From Macrostomum hystrix (taxonomy: Eukaryota; Animalia; Platyhelminthes), in contig CATNEN010000001.1 of NCBI GenBank assembly GCA_950097015.1, positions 23,436,001-23,500,000 on the forward strand: 64,000 bases of DNA. Reading direction: 5' to 3'. Position numbers and translations under genes: made by a program. Positions within the stretch are counted from its first letter, which is position 1, and each line of letters begins with the position of its first letter. Shown one piece after another: positions 1 through 10,576 of this stretch. The notes under the pieces are model-generated. The model had not been told where the DNA came from. It saw only the letters and a program-made list of their open reading frames with translations, and searched no databases.

Positions 1-74
1 AGCTGACTACTGTAAGTAGGTAGATGTAGCTTATATTTTATTTGTCATGATCAATTAGTTCTCTTTTTACCGAT

Positions 75-742
75 GTCCCCCCAGTCTCCATCCCCTGATC
101 CCATCAGTCTCCATCCCCTGATCCCATCAGTCTCCATTCCCTGATCCCCTCAGCCTCTACCGTCTGATCTCCCCAGTCTTTATCCTCTGATCCCCTCAGT
201 CTGTATCCTCTGATCCCCTCAGTCTGTATCCTCTGATCCCCTCAGTCTCCATCCCCTGATCCCATCAGTCTCCATCCCCTGATCCCATCAGTCTCCATTC
301 CCTGATCCCATCAGTCTCTATTCCGTGATCCCATCAGTCTCCATTCCCTGATCTCCTTAGTCTCTACCGTCTGATCCCCTCAGTCTTTATCCTCTGATCC
401 CCTCAGTCTTTATCCTCTGATCCCCTCAGTCTTTATCCTCTGATCCCCTCAGTCTTTATCCTCTGATCCCCTCCTGATCCCCTCAGTCTGTATCCTCTGA
501 TCCCTCAGTCTGTATCCTCTGATCTCCTCAGTCTGTATCCTCTGATCTCCTCAGTCTGTATCCTCTGATCCCCTCAGTCTGTATCCTCTGATCCCCTTAG
601 TCTTTATCCTCTGATCCCCTCAGTCTGTATCCTCTGATCCCCTCAGTCTGTATCCTCTGATCCCCTCAGTCTGTATCCTTTGATCCCCTTAGTCTTTATC
701 CTCTGATCCCCTCAGTCTCCAACCCCTGATCCCAACCAGTCT
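75..742. repeat. Intronic minisatellite, 23-bp unit (TATCCTCTGATCCCCTCAGTCTG)
   Basis: Tandem 23-bp units with variants, ending about 30 bp before the splice acceptor at 771. Confidence 0.95.
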
Positions 743-771
743 CGCTAATCCCGAATTCTCCCTCCACCCAG

Positions 772-1107
772 GAGCCGCCCAAGAAGGTGGCGGCCAACTT
801 GCGCGACCAGGAGCCGGTGGAGTACTCGGGCGATCCCAACAAATTCTACCACGTGGCGGACTTTCGCCTGGTGGTGAACGATCGCACCCTGCAGCAGCAG
901 ATGCGCATTCTCCCGGGCGTCGGCTTCGAGTTCCAGTTGGACTGCTTCATCGACGAAGATTTGGAGACTGTCGTCAATTCGTTCGCCGACTTTGCAGAGT
1001 CTGACAACGGTAACAACGCTAGCGGGGTTAGCAGCGACCAGCAGAAGCGGCTGCGGCAGAAGCTGGTGTCCAGCATCCGACATCAGCTCAACTATTATCG
1101 GAAAAAG
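772..1107 (+). CDS. WNK-like kinase, internal exon encoding a CCT/PF2-like (autoinhibitory) domain
   Basis: cctccacccag|GAG acceptor and AAG|gtgaga donor, phase 0/0. Translation FRLVVND...GFEFQLD...DEDLETVVNSF...KLVSSIRHQLNYYRKK aligns by eye with the WNK post-kinase domain (LWLRIED...IEFSFD...DVPEDVAQEM...MAKAIKDRVSLIKRK). Kinase domain not in window. Confidence 0.75.
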
Positions 1108-1204
1108 GTGAGATTCGATTATGAGCCTAATTATCACATTATCGCTCTTTCTCATGCTTAAAGCCCCATGTAAGAAATATCCTAGTTTAAATTATCCTAA
1201 AATA

Positions 1205-1690
1205 GCTTTTATCCCAATCCTAAAATCCCCATCCTATCCCAATCCTCAGTTCCCTACAATCGAAACGACATCCCTTCTTCCTTCCCAACTTTGATTCTAT
1301 TCCCAAATCCCCATTCGAAGCGAAATCCCTTCTTCCTTCCCAACTTTGATCCCAATCCCGAATCCCCATTCGAAACAAAATCCCTTCTTCCTTCCCAACT
1401 TTGATCCCAAACCCGAATCCCCATTCGAAACAAAATCCCTTCTTCCTTCCCAACTTTGATCCCATTCCCAAATCCCCATTCAAAACGAAATCCCTTCTTC
1501 CTTCCCAGTTTTGACCCCATTCTCAAATCCCTTCTTCCTTCCCAACTTTGATCCCATCCCTAAATCCCCATTCAAAACGAAATCCCATCTTCCTTCCCAA
1601 CTTTGATCCCATTCCTAAATCCCCGATGGAAACGAAATCTCATCTTCCTTCTCAGTTTTGATCCCATTCACTAATCCCCATTGCCCATTC
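1205..1690. repeat. Intronic minisatellite, 55-bp unit (TCCCTTCTTCCTTCCCAACTTTGATCCC...CCCCATTCGAAAC)
   Basis: Unit starts at 1326, 1381, 1436 and 1491. Confidence 0.9.
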
Positions 1691-1774
1691 AAATATGAAT
1701 TTTTATTTCCCACTTTTAATTTATTCCACTCTAAAATCCCTAACAAAAACTCCCACGGAAATGATTCCATCCAG

Positions 1775-2116
1775 GTGCTGGCAGGTGTTTGGAGTCATTT
1801 CATGGAGAAGATTCGCGAGTCGGAGCCGGAGCAGGACTCAGAGACCGACGCCTCGCCCATCGTTCGCCTCGGCCTTCAGGCTCGACGCTGGGCCGAAGCT
1901 AAACGACGGACTTTAAAGGAGCGAGACGACTACAATGCCCGCTGGGAGGAGGAGTATGAGGCGCAGCAGCAGCAGCAGCAGGATGACTCGCAGCCATCGT
2001 CTGGCATTGAAAGGCTGCCAACTCAACTGCAGCAGGGCGAGGCTTCCATCTTCCGCTCTGCTGACAGCAGCAATGATGTTGTTGAAGGTGCCAATCCGGC
2101 TATTGTTGATGATGAG
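1775..2116 (+). CDS. WNK-like kinase, internal exon (charged, coiled-coil-like region)
   Basis: ccag|GTG acceptor and GAG|gtgaga donor, phase 0/0; GC-rich coding composition; RRWAEAKRRTLKERDDYNARWEEEYEAQQQ. Confidence 0.8.
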
Positions 2117-2214
2117 GTGAGAAATGAAAATTCATATGTTAACTTCTGAGACCTAGGTTGATTTAGTTTCCAAGCATACTACTTCTGTTGCCATAAATGT
2201 TTTACCCATTAACT

Positions 2215-2830
2215 TTAGGCGGATTCTAAATGGGTCTTTCTAGCTGATTCTCTTTGAGAAATGGTCTGGATTCTGAGTGCTAATTGACTTTCTAAGCCGA
2301 TTCTGAACTTTATTTTTGGGCCGATTCCGAGTGACTTTTTAAGCGGATTCTACTATTTTGGGATTCCTATTCTTTTTCAAGAAGATTCTTATCGGTATTT
2401 TGGGCGGATTCCAAGTCATTTTTCAAGCAGATTCTAATCGTTATTTGGGCGGATTCCAAGATATTTTTCAAGCAGATTCTAATCGATATTCTGGGCAGAT
2501 TCCAAGTCATTTTTCAAGCAGATTCTAATCTATTTTTTAGGCGGATTCCAAGTCATTTTTCAAGCAGATTCTAATCGCTTTTTTAGGCGGATTCCAAGTC
2601 ATTTTTCAAGCAGATTCTAATCGCTTTTTTAGGCGGATTCCAAGTCATTTTTCAAGTAGATTCTAATCGTTATTTTGGCGGGTTCCAAGTCGATTCTAAT
2701 TGATATTTTGGGCGGATTCCAAGTTCTTTTATCTCGCAGATTCTTATCATTATTTTGGGCGGATTCCAATTCATTTTTCAAGCGGTTTCTAATCTATATT
2801 TTAGGCAGATTCTCATAGACTTTTTAATCC
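2215..2830. repeat. Intronic degenerate minisatellite, 46-bp unit made of two GATTC-containing halves
   Basis: GGCGGATTCCAAGTCATTTTTCAAGCAGATTCTAATC recurring at 2540, 2586 and 2632. Confidence 0.85.
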
Positions 2831-3053
2831 GATTTTTTTCAAAATAGAATCTTTTAGTTTTTTCAGCTAATGTTGCGGTATTTTTTTATTATTTTCTAGG
2901 AAAAAAAGTTTTTGTTGACATTTACCTTATTTATTTGTAATAAGTAAGTAGGTCATGAGTTCGATTCTCAACCCAATTATGTCAAGCTGTGTCTCGTGTA
3001 GTTTGCTTTGTTATCATCTTTGCAGTAACACACAATTTTTTTCCTGTTTTCAG

Positions 3054-3870
3054 ACTCGCTCCTTCGTACATCCGCAGCAGCAGCAGCCGCAGGCGGCCCC
3101 ACCGCCCACCCCGCAGCCGAATCTGGTGCAGGTGCCGCCGCCCCTGCTACCGCCGCCGCCAGCTGCCAACGTGGTTGTGACAGTGAAGCCCAGCGCATCT
3201 GTCACCGCCGCGCGCCTGCAGCAGCAACAGCAGAACAATCATGTCGGCAGTCAGCTACCGTTAAGTCCCAGCTCTGGACGAAGATTGAGCCAGCCTGAGG
3301 CGCACCTGCCCTACCATCTGCATCATCAGCATCATCAGTCTGACGCCGCTGGCATTGAAGCCTCATCCGATGCTGACGGCTCCGCGCAGTCCTCGCCGCA
3401 CCAGTGCGCAACCCTGCCGTCTCCGGGACCTTCGCGACCGGGCGTTGCTCCCCACTGGCCGCAGCAGCAATACCAGGCCTACCTGTTGCAACAGCAGCGG
3501 CTTCAGCAACAGCAGCAGCTGCCGCAGCCGCCGCCACTACCGCCGCCAATCCTGCAGCTGCCGTCTCAGGTTTCTGGCGAGCCGGCTTGGCAGATTCCCC
3601 TGCCTGAGCTACAGTCTGGCCGCTGCGTTCTCATCTGCCCGGTCCCGCCTGGCCAGCAGCAGCAGCAGCAGCAGCCAGTCACCGCGATGGCCTTTGACTG
3701 CGGGCCTGGCATGCGACTGCCCGACGTTCTAGCTCTGCTGCTGGCTGTTCAAAGAGCTGCTCAGCCTCAGTCGCCGCTGCCGCCCCAACAGCAGCAGCAG
3801 CAGCAGCAGGCCCAGCCACTTGCTGATTCCAGTGAACAGCTTGCACCTGTAGCCTCATCCAGTCCCATTG
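3054..3870 (+). CDS. WNK-like kinase, internal exon (Q/P/H-rich disordered region)
   Basis: ttcctgttttcag|ACT acceptor (phase 0) and ATTG|gtgagt donor (phase 1); open frame with polyQ and polyP. Confidence 0.8.
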
Positions 3871-4301
3871 GTGAGTTGCCTGATTATTAAACAGCCTTTG
3901 CAAGCTATCGTACCTCCTGATGCGTCGATTCGATATCATTGCTTACCATTTTTTACAGCCTGATTGAGCTGACAGGCAGCAGCAGCAGCAGCAGCAGCAG
4001 CGTTTGATCACCTTTATGTGTAAAATAAGTTCCCAATTTTCTTTAACTTCCCATCGTTCATTAATTATGTACCTGTTCGCTTCTCTCTCGCTTAAATAGC
4101 TGTTTTACTGCTGGTGACCACTTGAAACACTCACTAAAGCCGCTCACCTGCTTTTCCATCTGTAGTCACGTGGATTATCTGTGTGTGTATGTGCTTGCTT
4201 TGGCAAAGTTTGCTTAGCTTATAAAGCAATAAGAAAACACGATTCTTAACCAATACATCAGTAGCTATGGATTCACTGTTTTCTTCTCTTTTCGTTCCCT
4301 G

Positions 4302-4477
4302 TTAGAGCGTCAGACTTACGAATTGAAGGTCATGGGTTCGATTCTTGGTGGGTGTGGCGTCCTCCCAGTCCATGGACTGAACAGCCGTACGCAGCCTTCA
4401 GATGCGCCTTCGCAATAGCTGCGGCTGTGCTGTCGGCTGCACATCTGGCCCAATTCGGGCAGGTGTAATCAATTATT
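4302..4477 (+). mobile_element. tRNA-derived SINE family B, internally deleted copy
   Basis: tRNA-like head with B-box GGTTCGATTC; body CAGTCCATGGACTGAACAGCCGTACGCAGCC...CACATCTGGCCCAATT..GGCAGGTGTAATCAA shared with 31460-31620 and 36525-36795. Confidence 0.75.
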
Positions 4478-4755
4478 TTTTGTAATTATACGGCATAAAA
4501 TATCAGGTAGGTTTTAAATATACTACTGTCAGGCACCCGTGTCTCAGTAGTATAAGGAAATATTTAATTTTTTTAGTAGGTACGTCATCATATACTACTG
4601 TCGAGATCAGTGTTTCAATAGTGTATGCTATTTAATAGACCAGTTTTTTTTTCACCCGTATTTTATCTTACTCGTTTTGCCTATCACCGAGTAGTGCCTT
4701 AGATTGAACCTGTTTCAATTATAATAATAGATCGTAACTTTTTTTCGCTTTCCAG

Positions 4756-5084
4756 TCGTTCAACCAGTTGCCACTAAAATTGGTCGCTTCGCTGTAACGC
4801 CTATCGCGACGTCAGCAACGACAGCAGCAGCAGCAGCAGCAGAACCTCGCCTTGTTGATTCAGCCAGTACTTCTACAGCTACTGCAGCCACTACTACTGC
4901 TGCTGCTGCTGCTACTATCAGTAGTGTGATCAGTGTCCGTCCTTCTCTGTCATCCATGGCCTCCAGCGATGGCGCAGCGCCGCCGCCGACCCCGGCGCTT
5001 CACGGCTCCGGCAGCGTTGGCAACGCCGACAGTCCAGATACGCATCGCCTGTTTAACGGCGTGTCAGCGTCTCCAAATCGTTGA
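4756..5084 (+). CDS. WNK-like kinase, terminal exon with RFxV motif
   Basis: tttttcgctttccag| acceptor in phase 1 matches the 3870 donor; reads VVQPVATKIGRFAVTPI...SASPNR*; TGA at 5082-5084. Absent from the ORF track because it has no start codon. Confidence 0.8.
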
Positions 5085-5476
5085 TTTCTTATTTTTCTAA
5101 TCTAAACTTTTATGCCGTGGAAATTATTGCCAGTATTTCGCACTCCTGCGGCCATCTTCTGAGTCAATATTGAAATCCCTGTTTTTGATGTTTTACTATT
5201 TTTATGCAACTAATTCTTGTCGTCTGATTTCCACTTTTAGATTCGTTATTATGAGTTCGATAGCTTTAACGAGCTATTTTTTTACTTTTGTTTTCGATTT
5301 CTGGTCTTATCTTCTATTCTATATAATTATTTTAGTAGACACAATATAATACATTTCTTTTATTCACATTTTGGCCAGGTCACAATATTGGTTGATTCAG
5401 TTCGTCTGTCTGAATGTGCAATCAGCCATCAGTGAATAGGCCTGATTATCGTCTCTCTTATCCCATCTCCAAAGGC

Positions 5477-6180
5477 GACTGCTAATCCTCCCAGATCCCC
5501 ATAACTGACTGCTAATCCTCCCAGATCCCATAACTGACTGCTAAAAATCCTCCCAGATCCCCATAACTGACTGCTAATCCTTCCAGATCCCCATCACTGA
5601 CTGCTAATCCTCCCAGATCCCCATAACTGACTGCCAATCCTCCCAGATCCCCGTAACTGACTGCTAATCCTTCCAGATCCCCATCACTAACTGCTAATCC
5701 TCCCAGATCCCCATAACTGACTGCCAATCCTCCCAGATCCCCATAACTGACTGCTAATCTTTCCAGATCCCTATCACTGACTGCTAATCCTCCCAGATCC
5801 TCATTACTAACGGCTAATCCCCCCAGATCCCCTTAACTGACTGCTAATCCTCACAGATCCTCATAGCAGTCTGCTAATCCTCCCAGATCCCCATCACTGA
5901 CTGCCAATCCTCCCAGATCCCCATCACTGACTGCTAATCCTCCCAGATCCCATTACTGACTGCTAATCCTCCCAGTTCCCCATAACTGACTGCTAATCCT
6001 CACAGATCCTCATAACTGACTGCTAATCCTCCCAGATCCTCATTACTAACGGCTAATCCTCACAGATCCTCATATCTGACTGCCAATCCTCCCAGATCCC
6101 CTTAACTGACTGCTAATCCTCACAGATCCTCATTACTGACGGCTAATCCTCCCAGATCCCCATAGCAGTCTGCTAATCCA
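5477..6180. repeat. Minisatellite, 30-bp unit (CTAATCCTCCCAGATCCCCATAACTGACTG)
   Basis: About 23 tandem units. Confidence 0.95.
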
Positions 6181-6960
6181 ATAATCCAGATCCCAGACCC
6201 AGGTTATTCTCAGTTTCAGCCCTAAAAAAGTCACACAGTCCATGCACATTATCAAGTCAGTGCGAGCTTATTCTTAGCTTATTCGGCAATCCACTATATG
6301 AGCAAATTTGTTGTGTATAAACTGTTATCTATATTTCTGAAGCAGCTGTTGTATGTTCATTGAGTATGCATGCATCACATGTAGTATGAATTGTGATTTC
6401 TGATCTTGTCTAAAATCTGCTTTTTCACATGCAGATTGTCACTGTAGCTCTAATGTTATATTTGGTTTATTTGTTTTCGTCCACTATTTGATTTCAGTCC
6501 ACGGACCGAGTTATTTCATTCAGAGCAATAAGCAAACATTCGGTGACTAGTTGGTTTCGCTAGCAACACAACTCTGCACAATGGTCAATCGTTTCTTTCA
6601 TTATAGACTTTTTGTTTTAATCAACTCGTCCATTGCTTTTTATTTATAGCCTTGTCATTTTTTGTTGAAGTTTGAAATCTTATTTTTGACTTCTATATTG
6701 TCAATATATGCTACTCATTTTCTGTCCTGTTCAGTAGTAATGAAGGGCATGTTGATAAATCACTTTAGATCAATGCTGATAATAGAGATCGGGTTTATGG
6801 ACACTATCATATATATCTTGATATAAATATATACCATCAAAATCGAATCGTAAATGTTTTTGAAATTCTTCATTTTCAAAACGGCTGTTTGCTGTCGCAA
6901 AAATATTTTTGTACCTGCGAAATAACTAAATCAAATATCGAATATTTGACCCGAAGTACT

Positions 6961-7312
6961 GGGGTTCCGTGGCAGAACGGTTCGCCTCTGCGCCAAGGTC
7001 CCTGAGCTCGATTCCGCGGCGAGGCCACATTCATTTGGGGCGCAGCCGCGGAGAGAAGGCTTGGGGGCTTGTCGTGCAATTTACACCCTTGAGGGCCAAC
7101 GTCCAAGGCACAGTAAAATGTACACTGTCTGACGATGAGAAAGTCAGGGCAGATGTACACACCTGTGTGAGCGTGTGCCTGCGTACAGTATCTGAGTGCG
7201 TGTGTGCTCAGGAATCAGCGAAATGGGCAGAATTGACTCCTCGCTGGCTGCGGGTCTAGTGTCACCACATTATGTGCCTTCAGCCCTCCTGTAATTATTA
7301 TTATTATTATTA
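6961..7312 (+). mobile_element. tRNA-derived SINE family A, near full length
   Basis: Head GGGGTTCCGTGGCAGAACGG (A-box) ...GAGCTCGATTCC (B-box-like); (TTA)n tail; homologous copies at 17857-18216, 31151-31390, 10211-10313 and 58772-58870. Confidence 0.85.
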
Positions 7313-7404
7313 ATGGAGCCTGGTGGCTGACAAGAATGTCCTACACAAACTACTGACACGAAATATTACATCTGAACTATGTTTCGTGGTGACTGGTGGT
7401 TTTC

Positions 7405-8588
7405 GGTGACTCACGATCTGGAAGCTGAGGGGATATTGGTGACTCACCATCTGGAAGCTGAGGGGATATTGGTGACTCACCATCTGGAAGCTGAGGGGAT
7501 ATTGGTGACTCACCATCTGGAAGCTGAGGGGATATTGGTGACTCACCATCTGGAAGCTGAGGGGATATTGGTGACTCACCATCTGGAAGCTGAGGGGATA
7601 TTGGTGACTCACCATCTGGAAGCTGAGGGGATATTGGTGACTCACCATCTGGAAGCTGAGGGGATATTGGTGACTCACCATCTGGAAGCTGAGGGGATAT
7701 TGGTGACTCACCATCTGGAAGCTGAGGGGATATTGGTGACTCACCATCTGGAAGCTGAGGGGATATTGGTGACTCACCATCTGGAAGCTGAGGGGATATT
7801 GGTGACTCACCATCTGGAAGCTGAGGGGATATTGGTGACTCACCATCTGGAAGCTGAGGGGATATTGGTGACTCACCATCTGGAAGCTGAGGGGATATTG
7901 GTGACTCACCATCTGGAAGCTGAGGGGATATTGGTGACTCACCATCTGGAAGCTGAGGGGATATTGGTGACTCACCATCTGGAAGCTGAGGGGATATTGG
8001 TGACTCACCATCTGGAAGCTGAGGGGATATTGGTGACTCACCATCTGGAAGCTGAGGGGATATTGGTGACTCACCATCTGGAAGCTGAGGGGATATTGGT
8101 GACTCACCATCTGGAAGCTGAGGGGATATTGGTGACTCACCATCTGGAAGCTGAGGGGATATTGGTGACTCACCATCTGGAAGCTGAGGGGATATTGGTG
8201 ACTCACCATCTGGAAGCTGAGGGGATATTGGTGACTCACCATCTGGAAGCTGAGAGGATATTGGTGACTCACCATCTGGAAGCTGAGGGGATATTGGTGA
8301 CTCACCATCTGGAAGCTGAGGGATATTGGTGACTCACCATCTGGAAGCTGAGGGGATATTGGTGACTGACCATCTGGAAGCTGAGGGGATATTGGTGACT
8401 CACCATCTGGAAGCTGAGGGGATATTGGTGACTGACCATCTGGAAGCTGAGGGGATATTGGTGACTCACCATCTGGAAGCTGAGGGGATATTGGTGACTC
8501 ACCATCTGGAAGCTGAGGGGATATTGGTGACTCACCATCTGGAAGCTGAGGGGATATTGGTGACTCACGATCTGGAAGCTGAGGGATA
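7405..8588. repeat. Near-perfect minisatellite, 33-bp unit (GGTGACTCACCATCTGGAAGCTGAGGGGATATT), about 36 copies
   Basis: Directly visible; very few variants. Confidence 0.98.
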
Positions 8589-9239
8589 CCTTGGCGAATT
8601 ATTGGGAGAAACAGGTTTTTTCAATGAATAAAATATCCGCAGCAATTACACATTGGTAAGTGCAGTGTGAAGGAATTGTCATTTGAGATGAGTGTGTCTA
8701 CTCTACTCAAGTTAAAAATGTGTTAATTATACTTGACCGCGTCAATCTAAAAGTAATTAGTTTCGCTCCTGACTTCACTCTCCATGGAGATCCATAGCAA
8801 TGTCCTATGGAGTCTCAAGTCGAAAGTGCACTTTTGCAAGGCAATCTCTCAAACAAACAGCCCGTCGTCTAGCTATTGTTCTGTGATTGATGAATCGTGG
8901 GGCCTATTGAGTTGTAATTGACAGTGTCTAGAATAGCAGTACAAACTGATAGACTCTTAATTAACAGCTAATTAGGCATTGTATTATCATTGAGCAGCAT
9001 TGAGTGCAGTATAAATATAAAAAGCCACACAAGCAGACATAGAAAATGTCATCATAAATATACCAAAGGCCAGAGTTTTCTGAAAGTGAAAGCAATATTG
9101 ACTCGGGTACTTCGATAAAGCTTGCAAGATTTTAATTTTTTATCGGAACCTACGTAAGTGATGATCACTATCTTTTCCATTTCATTTTTTGATAAAACAT
9201 TTCAAGAAATGTCTCATCAGTTTAATTGCTACATTAACA

Positions 9240-9535
9240 GTAGAAAGAACACGCTATTTTCCCCTTGGGGTAAGACCTTGGGGTGTACCCCTACCTACTT
9301 CACAATAGCCCCCAAACCGAATGACCGATTTTCGTGAAAGTCCACCATCTGATTTCTTATCTGATTCACCGATTCATTGGTGGTTCTAGACACTAGACAC
9401 TCCGACTAGAATCGTTCAATATCTCACTAGAATCGTTGAATGTCTCGAGGAAGCCGATGTTTTTAGATTCTGGAAGTCGTTTCATCGGATAGAGCGGAAT
9501 ATTCTAGCTCATGTTCTGGATTTTCATGGCAGCTT
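9240..9535 (-). mobile_element. Dispersed non-autonomous DNA element (possibly Helitron/Helentron-type), copy 1
   Basis: Reverse-complement similarity to 37640-37745 and 37970-38080, e.g. CTTCACAATAGC..CCAAAC.GAATGACCGATTTTCGTGAAAGTC and TTCCGCTCTATC.GAT.AAAC.ACTTCCAGAATC. Confidence 0.65.
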
Positions 9536-9738
9536 GTTAAATATTTTAGGAGATCAGAAAACATAGAAATGTGGTTATTTGAAATTCCCTGTGATATTTC
9601 GTAATCTTTGCAGGAAGGCTGCGGGCAGTGGCAGCACTTGGTGATCCGTAGTGACTGGCTAGTGACATCTGTCTGCCCATTTTTCATCTATTGTTGGAAC
9701 TAGGAGTACATACGGAGCCAGGTGCAACACACCTGCCG

Positions 9739-10185
9739 ATGTTTAAGACACCTGTGCTGCTTCAATTGATGCTGCTGCTGCTGCTGTTGCTGTCGGCACT
9801 GCTACGACGATCTTTGGCTGGCACCGAGCTGGTCTCGTTCGCTCTGGATCCGTCAGCTACGTGCCAGTCTGAATCTGCAGCGCTGAGCAGTCAGCTCAGA
9901 GTCTCCAGCAGTCTGATTTGCGTCGCTTTCTGTCGAGCTGCGTCCAGGACAGCGCGAGCCTCCCCCGCCTACCTGGCTCAGTTGGTTACCCGATCTGGCC
10001 TCGTGAAACAGCAGCAGCAGCAGCAGAAGCAGTTCGACTGTTTCTGCATGCCGAACCCGTCCAAAGCGGATGTGGCGCGTATCGCTCTGAGTTCGTGCAG
10101 TGTTTGGGCGCCCGCGAGCATCGCAGCAGCTGAGTATCCTGCTGAGGTCTACACAATGACGGCTGGAGATGCACGTCCAAAGTAG
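9739..10185 (+). CDS. Small secreted Cys-containing protein, 148 aa, possibly PAN/Apple-like
   Basis: ATG at 9739; Leu-rich signal peptide MFKTPVLLQLMLLLLLLLSALLRRSLAG; six Cys including CVAFC and CFC; coding-like GC content; AATAAA at 10387 and 10424. Confidence 0.7.
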   Translation: MFKTPVLLQLMLLLLLLLSALLRRSLAGTELVSFALDPSATCQSESAALSSQLRVSSSLICVAFCRAASRTARASPAYLAQLVTRSGLVKQQQQQQKQFDCFCMPNPSKADVARIALSSCSVWAPASIAAAEYPAEVYTMTAGDARPK

Positions 10186-10210
10186 ACCACAGACTATGGT
10201 CGTCAAGTCT

Positions 10211-10313
10211 GGGCAGATGTTTGAGTGTGCCTGCGTACGGTATACTGTGTGCGTGTGTGCTCAGGAGTGAGCGGAATGGACATAATTGCCCCCTCTCTAG
10301 TCTAAATGTCACC
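10211..10313 (+). mobile_element. SINE family A, 3' fragment
   Basis: GGGCAGATG...GTGTGCCTGCGTAC...GTGTGTGCTCAGGA matches 7147-7265. Confidence 0.7.
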
Positions 10314-10576
10314 AAATGACCTGCTTGGTGACAGCAAACAGTTTTTTTTAGTAATCAACATTGAAGAAGAGGCGCGTAATTAGAAAAATAAAGATTTGAA
10401 AGTGTATTTTGCTTCTCGCGTTGAATAAAAACTTGGTTGCATTTCCAAGGAAAAAATTCAGCCCAATCCATAAGGTACACCAGAACAAGCTTGACTCAGT
10501 GGCAGTCAGGAATGACTATTTCTGACACGCAAGACAACAGAACTGTTGCCTGCTGATTGTAGGTTTCAAAACAGGC

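Noticed and set aside
7105-7160. Hammerhead ribozyme in SINE A (CTGACGA..GAAA)
   Set aside because: Only 3 nt between CUGANGA and GAAA, no stem III or NUH site; the sequence is better explained as a simple hairpin
7310-8631. Repeat ORFs and CRISPR-like 33-bp periodicity
   Set aside because: Head-to-tail identical units with no unique spacers, no cas genes, eukaryotic context
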